DNA of 64,000 nt from Acidimicrobiia bacterium (GTDB taxonomy: Bacteria > Actinomycetota > Acidimicrobiia > IMCC26256 > JAENVU01). Location: positions 324 through 64,323 of the forward strand of contig JANPMG010000172.1 of the NCBI GenBank assembly GCA_031422675.1. The letters run 5' to 3'. The notes under the pieces were generated by a model. The model was not told where the DNA came from and searched no databases. It saw nothing but the letters and a program-made list of their open reading frames with translations. Below, in pieces: positions 18,139-26,572 of this stretch (positions within the stretch are counted from its first letter, which is position 1; each line of letters begins with the position of its first letter). The position numbers and the translations under genes are program-made.

Positions 18139-19878
18139 ATGACCGACGGATATCTCACCGACTGGCCGATGAGCGAGCGGTTCCCGCACTACACCCGTGC
18201 GAACGCCGGCGAGGTGATGGGCGATCCGGTAAGCCCGCTCGGCTGGACCTACGGCTGGGAGGGAGCGATGGTGCTCGGGATGCGCGACGGGTGGATCCGC
18301 GGCGGCACGCACGAGATGGCCGATTTCGATCCCGAATATCCGGAGACCTTCGGGATGTTCGGCGGGTACTTCTATCTGAACCTCGCGAGCTGTCGGCTCC
18401 AGGGGGTGCGCAATCCCGGAGTGACCGTCGAACAACTCGACCTGGCGTTCTTCGGGCACCATCCCGACGTGCCTCCTTATGTTGCCCATCCGGACGACGA
18501 GAAGCCGCACCTGGTCGAGAAGATCGCAGCGAATACGGCTTGGGTCATGTCGGCCGAGACGTGGCCGGAACTCGATGAGGACAAGGCCGCCGCGAATGCC
18601 CTCCGGGAGAACCGGGGCGACTTGAGCGCCTACTCGGATGAGGCGTTGCTGGACCGGGCCCGAACCATTCGCCCGATGCTGCGCCACCTCTTTGAACAGC
18701 ACGTCGTGTCCGGATCGAGTGCCGCGGTGGCGCCGGGTGTCCTGGCTGCAGTCGGTGAGGGCATCGGTGATCCGACGATTCCGATGAAGTTGCTCGCGGG
18801 CATTGGCGATGTCGATTCGGCGTTGCCCAGCCATTCGCTGTGGGCGATGTCACGCAGCATCCGGCACGACGCCGGACTCACCGCGGCCTTTGATGCGAGC
18901 ACCCATGGTGTCCTCGCGCGGCTCGGGTCCGAGGACTCCGCGCCGGCACGGGCGCTGCTGGCCGACTGGGACTCTTTCATCGACGAGTTCGGTTCCCGCG
19001 GTCCCAACGAGTGGGACATCCACGCCGACAGCTGGGAGACGGAACCGGCGCTTCCTCTCGCCGCCCTCGATCGGGTGCGCTTCCAGACCGACGAGGAGTC
19101 TCCCCACCTGCGTCACGATGCGGCCGTGACCCAGCGCGAGGCTGTGACCGCCGAGGTGCGGGCCAAGGTCGCCGACAACGCGGAGCTTTCGGGCATGCTC
19201 GAAGCCGCGCTGGTGGCGACCACAATGATGGCGTACCGCGAACGCACCAAGACCACCATCGTGAAAGTGATCCACGAAGCGCGGATGGCGTTTCGCGAAC
19301 TCGGGCGCCGACACCTCGAGGCCGGGAACCTCGACGATGCCGACCACGTCTTCATGCTGATCGGCTCGGAGCTCGACGCCTTCGTCGCCGACCCGGCGTC
19401 GTTTCGCGAGCCGCTGCGTGAACGGGCGGTCGACTACTTGGCGCTGTGGGAGATCGAGCCACCGTTCATCATCCGCGACGGCGATCTCCCGCCCCTGAGT
19501 GCCTGGGAGCGACGCACCGAGGCGGCAGCGGTGCCGGTCGCGGCGGCCGGGTCACAGATCACCGGCGTGTCGGGCTCGCCTGGGGTGGCGCGCGGCATTG
19601 CCCGGATCGTGCTCGACCCCTGTGATCCCACTGCTCTGGAACCCGGTGACATTCTCATCGCGCCGTACACCGACCCATCGTGGACACCGCTCTTCATGAC
19701 CGCGGGTGCAGTGGTTGTGGACGTCGGTGGCCAGATCAGCCACGCGGTCATCGTCTCGCGCGAGCTGGGGCTTCCGTGTGTCGTGTCGGCGACCGGCGCC
19801 ACCGGCCTCATTCCGCCCGGTGCCACCGTCGAGGTGGACGGCAACACGGGTGTGGTGACCGTGATCGGCGCCGCCTGA
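18139..19878 (+). CDS. PEP-utilizing enzyme mobile (swivel His) domain protein, no ATP-grasp domain
   Basis: The C-terminus GSPGVARGIARIV...GDILIAPYTDPSWTPLFMTAGAVVVDVGGQISHAVIVSRELGLPCVV is the PEP-utilizer swivel domain. GGAAGG SD before the ATG at 18139. Confidence 0.8.
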   Translation: MTDGYLTDWPMSERFPHYTRANAGEVMGDPVSPLGWTYGWEGAMVLGMRDGWIRGGTHEMADFDPEYPETFGMFGGYFYLNLASCRLQGVRNPGVTVEQLDLAFFGHHPDVPPYVAHPDDEKPHLVEKIAANTAWVMSAETWPELDEDKAAANALRENRGDLSAYSDEALLDRARTIRPMLRHLFEQHVVSGSSAAVAPGVLAAVGEGIGDPTIPMKLLAGIGDVDSALPSHSLWAMSRSIRHDAGLTAAFDASTHGVLARLGSEDSAPARALLADWDSFIDEFGSRGPNEWDIHADSWETEPALPLAALDRVRFQTDEESPHLRHDAAVTQREAVTAEVRAKVADNAELSGMLEAALVATTMMAYRERTKTTIVKVIHEARMAFRELGRRHLEAGNLDDADHVFMLIGSELDAFVADPASFREPLRERAVDYLALWEIEPPFIIRDGDLPPLSAWERRTEAAAVPVAAAGSQITGVSGSPGVARGIARIVLDPCDPTALEPGDILIAPYTDPSWTPLFMTAGAVVVDVGGQISHAVIVSRELGLPCVVSATGATGLIPPGATVEVDGNTGVVTVIGAA

Positions 19879-21137
19879 TGGCGCTGGCTCCCGACGGCTT
19901 CGATCTCACCGATCCGCAGGTGCAGCAAGCCCCCCATGCTCACTACGCCGCCATGCGTTCCGACGGCGTCCAGTACTTGCCGGCGAACGACGCGTGGGTG
20001 GTCCTGCGCCACGAGGACGCGTTGACGGTGTTGCGCGATCCGTTCACGTACTCATCGCAACTCGGCTCGAATCGCGAACAGCCGTCCGCAGCGGCGCAGG
20101 CCGAGATCGAGCGGATCGGAGCCCAGGGTCTGGCCCGACCGAGGACCCTGCTCGACAATGATCCACCCAGTCACACTCGTTACCGCCGGCTGGTTTCGAA
20201 GGCGTTCGCGCCACGCAAGATTGCCGAGCTGCGACCGTTCGTGGAGTCGGTCGCCGACTCCCTCATCGATGCCTGGGACGACCCGTCCTCAGTGGAACTC
20301 GTCCCCGAGTTCAGCGTCCCGCTCCCGGTGCAGGTCATCACGAAGGTGCTGAACCTGCCCTCGGAGCGTCATGGCGACTTTCGTCGTTGGACCGACGCCA
20401 GCACCGCCACCATCGGGGCCAGCGTGTCGGATGATCAACACATCGAGAACGCGCGGATCACCCTCGAACTGCAGGAGTTCTTCGTCGACCAGTTCGAGCA
20501 GCGTCGGGTCGAACCCCAGGATGATCTGCTGACCGCGTTGCTCAACTCCCACGTTGGTGGCGGAGAAGCCGGAACTCCCGCCGTACCGCTTGAGCTGCCG
20601 GAGCTGGTCCGGATCGCTCAACAACTCCTCGTCGCGGGGAACGAGACGACCACCAAGTTGATCACCGAGATGATGTGGTTGCTCGCGGTCAACGCGGGGG
20701 AATGGGAACGGGTCCGGGCTGACCCCGACCGGATTCCGAGGGTGGTCGAGGAGAGCCTGCGGCTCTCGAGCCCGAACCAGGGGATGTCACGGATCGCCAT
20801 GTGCGACAGCACGCTGGCCGGCGTCGACATTCCCGAAGGCGCGCGGCTGGTGGTGATGTTTGCGTCGGCCAACCGCGACGAAGCGGTGTTCGGCTGTCCG
20901 AACGACCTCGACCCCGACCGCGATCACCTCTCTGACGAGTTGTCATTCGGTCACGGGATCCACTACTGCGTGGGCGCGAGCCTCTCCCGGCTGGAGGCGA
21001 TCGTTGCCTTAGAACGATGTGCAATCCGTGTCGCCTCCTACCGGCTCCACGACGACAACGACTTCGAGTACCTGCCGAGCGTGGTGCTCCGGGGACTCAA
21101 GCGACTCCACCTCGATGTCACCATGGCCCCCGCCTGA
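19878..21137 (+). CDS. cytochrome P450
   Basis: Heme-binding loop FGHGIHYCVGASL, ExxR (ESLR) and an AGNETT I-helix. The ATG at 19878 shares one base with the upstream TGA. Confidence 0.9.
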   Translation: MALAPDGFDLTDPQVQQAPHAHYAAMRSDGVQYLPANDAWVVLRHEDALTVLRDPFTYSSQLGSNREQPSAAAQAEIERIGAQGLARPRTLLDNDPPSHTRYRRLVSKAFAPRKIAELRPFVESVADSLIDAWDDPSSVELVPEFSVPLPVQVITKVLNLPSERHGDFRRWTDASTATIGASVSDDQHIENARITLELQEFFVDQFEQRRVEPQDDLLTALLNSHVGGGEAGTPAVPLELPELVRIAQQLLVAGNETTTKLITEMMWLLAVNAGEWERVRADPDRIPRVVEESLRLSSPNQGMSRIAMCDSTLAGVDIPEGARLVVMFASANRDEAVFGCPNDLDPDRDHLSDELSFGHGIHYCVGASLSRLEAIVALERCAIRVASYRLHDDNDFEYLPSVVLRGLKRLHLDVTMAPA

Positions 21138-21154
21138 CGCGCGGTTCGGGACAG

Positions 21155-24100
21155 TCAACCGTTGGCCCGGACTGCGGTGCCGTACGTGGCGAGCGCCTCG
21201 CGCAGGGCGGCATCGAACCGAGCGATGCCGTCGAGCTTGCGGTGCTCGTAGCCCCGAACGGTCGCAGGGAGCGAGGCGATATCGATCGCATGGTCGAGAG
21301 ACTCGGTGGTGAGGCCGTCGATCAACCGGTCAACCGCTGATCGGTAGTCCGCGGCCAGTTTTCGCTCTGCCCGTCGAACCTGGGTGTGGCCGAACGGGTC
21401 CCACGGGGTACCGCGCAGGCGCTTTCCCTTGGCCAGCACCGCCAACCCCGGGGCCGCCCACGTTCCTACCTTGATCTTGCGCTCCCGGCCGAGGGCCCGG
21501 AGCAGTGGAGGATGCAGGCGCCACGAGATCTTGGCCGGCCCGTCAACGAGGGTGGCCGCAGCTTTCAGAGTCGTCGGGTCGACGAGCAACCGGGCCACCT
21601 CGTACTCGTCCTTGTACGCCATCACCCGATACAGCTCGAGCGCGACTGCTTCGGAGAGCGCCCACGAGCCCGTCGCGACTCGTTGCTCTGCGGATGTCGT
21701 CCGGATCAGGTAGTCCAGGTATTCGCCCGCCAACCGTTCGCCGTCGAATCCCAATAGCTCGCACAACCGCAGCGTCACGTTCGTCACCAGCTCGACGGGA
21801 GCCCCGGCGTCGATCAGTTCGGCGACTCCGCGCTGGATCGTCGCGGGCAGCTCGGCACCGCGAGCGTCCCGGTCGCCGGGGCGCGGGTGTTGCGCGAGGG
21901 CACGATCGACCGCGGCGGGGTCAGCGAACGCGGCGCGCCCCCACGCGAAGGCGGCATGGTTGGCGGCGACCGCCACGCTGTTCAGCTCGATCGCCGCGGT
22001 CATCGACGTCGGGGTGACCGGAAGGATGCCCGCCTGCACGGCCATGCCGACGACCACCAGATTGGCGGTGGCCGGATCGCCGACCAGGCGATCGGCGACC
22101 GCTTCGGCATCGACCCACGCGGCGCCGGGCCGACCGGCCGCCTCGATGCGATCGCGGAGACGCTGTGGGTCAGTGATCGCACGCTCGGGGTGAAGCACCA
22201 TGGCGACCGTCGCCGTCCGCGAACTCGAGCCGACGACGCGGGTTCGCTCCGGTGCGGCCGCGACGAGGGTGGCGTCGGCCGCAGCGACGATTGCGTCGAA
22301 CGCGAGAAGCCCGTGAGCTTGGCCCGCGCCCACATGGTTGCCACCGACCTCCTCGCCGGTTCGGCCGAACACCACGTCGCTCACCACCGGACCCGCCTTC
22401 TGGGACAGGCCGGTCTGATCCAGGCCGCGCACCTCGAGCCCGTCGAGCATGGCGGCGGTAGCCACGATCTGCGCCGCGGTGACCACGCCGGTGCCGCCGA
22501 CACCCGCCAGCCGAACCTTGGCGGACGCCGGCGCGGGCACTGGATCTGGGAGGTCGAAAGGGGGTGACACGGTGGGGAGCAGGGTCGGGCGGTCGGGTCC
22601 GAGGCGAGCCGCGCCGCGATGCCACCACCGCGACGGCTTCGGTTCCACGGTGATGAACGACGGGCAGTCGCCGTCGAGACAGGTTTGGTCGAGGTTGCAG
22701 GTCGCCTGGTCGATGCGGGTCCTGCGTCCGAGCGGGGTTTCGACGGGCTGGACCGAAAGGCAGGCGCTGCGCTCCCCGCAGTCACCACATCCCTCGCACA
22801 CGCGCTCGTTGATCAACACCCGGGCCGCGGTGGCAAGCTTTGGGTCTCGCCGTCGGTGGCGGCGCAGCTCCGCTGCACACGGCTGGTCGTGGATCAAGAC
22901 GGTGACCCCCGGTATGGCCGCGAGCTGCTCGTGGGCCGTGATGAGCAAGCCACGGTCCCAGAGATCGACCCCGGATGGCAGCTCGGAGCGGGGGGTGCGG
23001 TGGACGTCGTCGGTGGTGATGATGATCCGGGCCACGCCCTGGGCCTGCAGCATCCGGCAGATGTCGCCCAGGCCGCGTTGGCCGGCCGGGCGCTGTCCTC
23101 CGGTCATGGCGACGTGGCCGTTGTGGAGCAGCTTGAACGTGATGTTCACGTCGGCGTCGACCGCGGCTTGTATCGCGAGCTGACCGCTGTGGAAATAGGT
23201 CCCGTCGCCGAGGTTCTGGGTGAAGTGTTTCGTTTCGACGAACTCGGCCATGCCGATCCAGGGTGCGCCTTCGTTGCCCATTGCGGTCACGCACACGATC
23301 TCGCCGACGCGATCGTCGTTGCCGAGGAGCGCCATGGTGTGACAGCCGATCCCGGCGCCGACCAGGGTTCCCTCGGGCACGCGCGTGGATTGGTTGTGCG
23401 GGCAACCGGAGCAGAAGGCAGGTGGCCGGCTGTCCAGGACCGGCACGTGCACGCGCTGACGGTCCGACAGGGCGGGGATGAGGAGGTGCCCGATCCGATC
23501 GGTCAGCGCGGCGCGCAACGGTTCGATCATCCGGTCAGCGCCGAGTGGTCCGTGCCCGGGAATTTGCCGGCGGCCCGTGCGGTCGAGTTTGCCGGTGACG
23601 ATGGGTTGTGCGGGGGCCCCGTAGAGGGCGTCTCGGACCAAACGCTCGAGCGACGGGTTCATCTCCTCGACGACCATCACTTCCTCGAGCCCGACCGCGA
23701 ACGATCGCACCACCGCGGGATCGAAAGGGATCGGCATCTGCATCTGCAGGACGCGCACGCCGGCGGCGGCCAGCGCTGCGTGATCGAGGCCGAGGCGGGA
23801 ACAGGCATCCATGAGCTCGAGATAGGTGAGGCCCGATGCAATGATCCCGAGCCACGCTGACGGTGCGTCCACCGTGATCCGGTTGAGTTGGTTGGCCACT
23901 CCGTAGGCCATCGCGAGGTCGGCGCGTACGCCGCGCAGCTGCTGTTCGATTTCGAGCGAGTGGGCCGAGAGTAAGAGGGCATCGGGTCGGCATCGGTACG
24001 GCTCACCGTCGATCGTGGGCATGACGGGAGTCACCCGTCGGGGGTCCAGATGCACGGTTCCCGACCCGTCTGCAACCGCCGACACGATCTTCAACCCGAC

Positions 24101-24697
24101 CCAGAGGCCGCTGGCCCGGGACAGGGCGATGGCGTGGCGGCCGAGGTCCAAGGCTTCACCGACGTCGGCGGGGTAGAGGATCGGCAGGTGCAGGTCGATC
24201 ATGGTCGCGTCCGAGGAGGACGGGATGGTGGAGGACTTGGCGGCGGGATCGTCCCCAACGATGGCGACCGCTCCGCCGAGGGGGGAGGTGCCGGCGAACA
24301 CGGCGTGGCGCAATGCATCGGAAGCGCGGTCGAGGCCCGGAGCCTTGCCGTACCAAAGGCCCACGACCCCGTCGTAGCGGGCGTCGGGTCGGGTGGCGGC
24401 GAGCTGGCTACCCATCACCGCAGACACCGCGAGTTCCTCGTTGACTGCGGGCCACAACACGATCGGCAGGTCCGGGGCGAGTCGGGCGGCGCGCGCGAGT
24501 TCGCGGTCGTACCCTCCGAGCGGGCTCCCCGGGTAGCCCGACGCGAACACTGCGGTGTTGTGGCCCGCGGCGCGGTCGGCCCGCAGTTGCTCGACGGGCA
24601 GACGCGCGAGGGCCTGGACGCCGGTGCAGAACACCTGCCCCTCGTCCTTGGTGATCCAATCCTGGAGCTGGTAGGTATCGTTCCTCTGATCATGCAT
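21155..24697 (-). CDS. indolepyruvate/2-oxoacid:ferredoxin oxidoreductase family protein (fused alpha-beta)
   Basis: 1180 aa. TPP-binding region GIGCHTMA...GDGTYFHSG, ferredoxin-type Cys clusters CEGCGDCGERSAC and CNLDQTCLDGDCPSF, and a C-terminal IorB-like domain. Confidence 0.9.
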   Translation of the reverse strand: MHDQRNDTYQLQDWITKDEGQVFCTGVQALARLPVEQLRADRAAGHNTAVFASGYPGSPLGGYDRELARAARLAPDLPIVLWPAVNEELAVSAVMGSQLAATRPDARYDGVVGLWYGKAPGLDRASDALRHAVFAGTSPLGGAVAIVGDDPAAKSSTIPSSSDATMIDLHLPILYPADVGEALDLGRHAIALSRASGLWVGLKIVSAVADGSGTVHLDPRRVTPVMPTIDGEPYRCRPDALLLSAHSLEIEQQLRGVRADLAMAYGVANQLNRITVDAPSAWLGIIASGLTYLELMDACSRLGLDHAALAAAGVRVLQMQMPIPFDPAVVRSFAVGLEEVMVVEEMNPSLERLVRDALYGAPAQPIVTGKLDRTGRRQIPGHGPLGADRMIEPLRAALTDRIGHLLIPALSDRQRVHVPVLDSRPPAFCSGCPHNQSTRVPEGTLVGAGIGCHTMALLGNDDRVGEIVCVTAMGNEGAPWIGMAEFVETKHFTQNLGDGTYFHSGQLAIQAAVDADVNITFKLLHNGHVAMTGGQRPAGQRGLGDICRMLQAQGVARIIITTDDVHRTPRSELPSGVDLWDRGLLITAHEQLAAIPGVTVLIHDQPCAAELRRHRRRDPKLATAARVLINERVCEGCGDCGERSACLSVQPVETPLGRRTRIDQATCNLDQTCLDGDCPSFITVEPKPSRWWHRGAARLGPDRPTLLPTVSPPFDLPDPVPAPASAKVRLAGVGGTGVVTAAQIVATAAMLDGLEVRGLDQTGLSQKAGPVVSDVVFGRTGEEVGGNHVGAGQAHGLLAFDAIVAAADATLVAAAPERTRVVGSSSRTATVAMVLHPERAITDPQRLRDRIEAAGRPGAAWVDAEAVADRLVGDPATANLVVVGMAVQAGILPVTPTSMTAAIELNSVAVAANHAAFAWGRAAFADPAAVDRALAQHPRPGDRDARGAELPATIQRGVAELIDAGAPVELVTNVTLRLCELLGFDGERLAGEYLDYLIRTTSAEQRVATGSWALSEAVALELYRVMAYKDEYEVARLLVDPTTLKAAATLVDGPAKISWRLHPPLLRALGRERKIKVGTWAAPGLAVLAKGKRLRGTPWDPFGHTQVRRAERKLAADYRSAVDRLIDGLTTESLDHAIDIASLPATVRGYEHRKLDGIARFDAALREALATYGTAVRANG

Positions 24698-24727
24698 AGG
24701 TCTGAGACCGCGATTCTCACGCTGGGG

Positions 24728-24743
24728 TTGAACAGTGTGTGAC
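24728..24743. promoter_or_regulatory. TTGAACAGTGTGTGAC: degenerate copy of the GTGAACAGTGTT palindrome upstream of the IOR gene
   Basis: It shares the 10-mer TGAACAGTGT with the 26519 site and lies 31-46 nt upstream of the IOR ATG at 24697. Confidence 0.3.
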
Positions 24744-24772
24744 TCTGATCGACGCGAACCGCCGTCGAATCG

Positions 24773-26386
24773 TCAGATGGTGCGCCCGGAGCCTTCCCAG
24801 TAGGGGTCGCGCAGTTGGCGTTTGAGCAGCTTGCCGGTCGGGGTGCGGGGGAGCGCAGCACTGAACTCGACGGTTCGGGGTGCCTTGTAGCCCGCGAGGT
24901 GCTCACGCACGTGGTCGATGAGATCGCGCGCGAGATCGTCGGTGGGTTCGACGCCCTCGACCAACTCGACGACGGCCTTCACCTGCTCGCCGAACTCGTC
25001 GTCGGGAACGCCGAACACCGCGGCGTCGGTGACCGCCGAGTGCGTGACGAGCACGCCCTCGATCTCGGCCGGGTAGATGTTGACCCCACCGCTGATGATC
25101 ATGTCGATCTTGCGGTCGGAGAGGAACACGAAACCGTCGTCGTCGACGAAACCGATGTCGCCGAGGGTGCCGTAGCCGTCACTCGAGTGGGCCGCCGCAG
25201 TCTTCTCCGGCGCGTTGTGATACTCGAAGTCGTTGCCCATCAGGCTCTTGAAGTAGATCTGTCCCGACGTGTTCGGCGGGCACTCATGGCCGTCGTCGTC
25301 GAGCACCCGCAGGTCGATAGTGGCCAGGGCCTTTCCGATCGAGCCGGGCCGTTCGAGCCACTCCGCACCGGAGATCATGGTGAGGAATCCGCCCTCGGTG
25401 CCGCCGTAGTACTCGGTCACTTTCGGCCCCCACCATTCGAGCATCGACCGCTTGACCGCCGGTGGGCACGGGGCCGCGCCGTGGTAGGCGACCACGAGCG
25501 ACGAACCATCGAAACTCCCGCGGACCGACTCGGGCAGCTTCAGCATCCGCAACAGCTGAGTGGGCACGAGATGGACGTTGGTGACTGCGTGGCGATCGAT
25601 GAGATCGAGGGTCTCGGCGGGGTCGAACTGGTGGCGCATCACCACGGTCGAACCCCGGCCGAGGAGGGGGAACATCGAGAAGACCCATTGCGCGGAGTGG
25701 TACATCGGTCCTTCGAGCAGCGTCACGCCGTCGGTCGGCAAGCCGAGCATCTCCGAGAACCCGGCCCCGATCAGTTCGAGCATGCCGACGTCGGCCCCGA
25801 CGGCCGTCAGCGATGAGCGGACGCCCTTCGGGAATCCGGTGGTGCCGGATGTGTAGAACATCGGCCCACCCATGGCCTGGTCGGGCGGTTCGGTCGGTGC
25901 GCCCGATGCCAGGACGGATTCGTAGGCCTCGAACGTCGCGGACTGAGCGATGTCATCGGTGGCAGTAGTGCCATCGTTGGTCGTGGTGGCGTCGGTGGTG
26001 GACCCGATGACGATGCGCACGGGGCACACGGTTCCGAGCCGATCGGCGGCGGCCCGACCGACGGCGAGGAACTGGTCCTCGACCACCAGCGCGTCGGCGT
26101 CGGCGTCCTCCACCACATAGACGAGTTCGTCCTCCACCCAATGCCAGTTGACCGGCACGATCACCCACGCGGCATGTGCCGCCGCCAGCGTGACCTCGAA
26201 CGCCTCGCGGCGGTTGCCGCTCATCAGTGCGACCGTGGATCCCGGTCCGAGACCGCGAGCTCGCAGGGCATGGATGAAGCGGTTGGCCCGCTCGTCGAAC
26301 TCGGCCCAGCTCGTGGAACCGCGCTCGTCGACGAGCGCCGGCGCATCGCCCTTCCGGGCGGCGATCGGGCGCAGGAGTTGGGTCAT
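24773..26386 (-). CDS. AMP-dependent acyl-CoA synthetase/ligase
   Basis: MFYTSGTTGFPKG and GDIGFVDDDGFVFLSDR with TPTGKLLKRQL. I place the start at the ATG at 26386 (MTQLLRPIAARKGDAPALVDE). The track ORF extension to 26809 is an artefact. Confidence 0.9.
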   Translation of the reverse strand: MTQLLRPIAARKGDAPALVDERGSTSWAEFDERANRFIHALRARGLGPGSTVALMSGNRREAFEVTLAAAHAAWVIVPVNWHWVEDELVYVVEDADADALVVEDQFLAVGRAAADRLGTVCPVRIVIGSTTDATTTNDGTTATDDIAQSATFEAYESVLASGAPTEPPDQAMGGPMFYTSGTTGFPKGVRSSLTAVGADVGMLELIGAGFSEMLGLPTDGVTLLEGPMYHSAQWVFSMFPLLGRGSTVVMRHQFDPAETLDLIDRHAVTNVHLVPTQLLRMLKLPESVRGSFDGSSLVVAYHGAAPCPPAVKRSMLEWWGPKVTEYYGGTEGGFLTMISGAEWLERPGSIGKALATIDLRVLDDDGHECPPNTSGQIYFKSLMGNDFEYHNAPEKTAAAHSSDGYGTLGDIGFVDDDGFVFLSDRKIDMIISGGVNIYPAEIEGVLVTHSAVTDAAVFGVPDDEFGEQVKAVVELVEGVEPTDDLARDLIDHVREHLAGYKAPRTVEFSAALPRTPTGKLLKRQLRDPYWEGSGRTI

Positions 26387-26475
26387 GGGCGTTCCTCGTG
26401 TGAGTTCTTCGAGACCGTCATGGCTTCGGTGGTTGATCGGGGCGACGGACCGTATCCGGTCGCCGACGCCGTGAG

Positions 26476-26499
26476 GCGGGTGCGGGTGCGGGTGCGGGT
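26476..26499 (+). repeat. (GCGGGT)x4 perfect tandem hexamer = canonical G3N3G3N3G3N3G3 quadruplex motif
   Basis: Read directly from the sequence: GGGTGCGGGTGCGGGTGCGGG at 26478-26498, in the divergent intergenic region 26387-26572. Confidence 0.9.
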
Positions 26500-26518
26500 C
26501 GGCGCTTCCGCCGACCTG

Positions 26519-26533
26519 GTGAACAGTGTTAAC
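26519..26533. promoter_or_regulatory. GTGAACAGTGTTAAC near-palindrome, candidate operator
   Basis: Symmetric GTxAACA-S-TGTTxAC, 40-54 nt upstream of the oxygenase start, in the divergent promoter region. Related sites lie at 24728 and 36588. Confidence 0.4.
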
Positions 26534-26572
26534 CTCGCCGACAGTGCCGAGCAAGCCCGTTTCATCGCGGAA

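Noticed and set aside
26519-26533. Whether the GTGAACAGTGTT palindromes are KstR (steroid catabolism) operators.
   Set aside because: As I remember it, the KstR consensus is TnnAACnnGTTnnA, with two bases between AAC and GTT. These sites have three (AAC-AGT-GTT). I therefore do not equate them with KstR boxes, and I see no clear steroid-core genes (KshB, KstD, HsaA-D).
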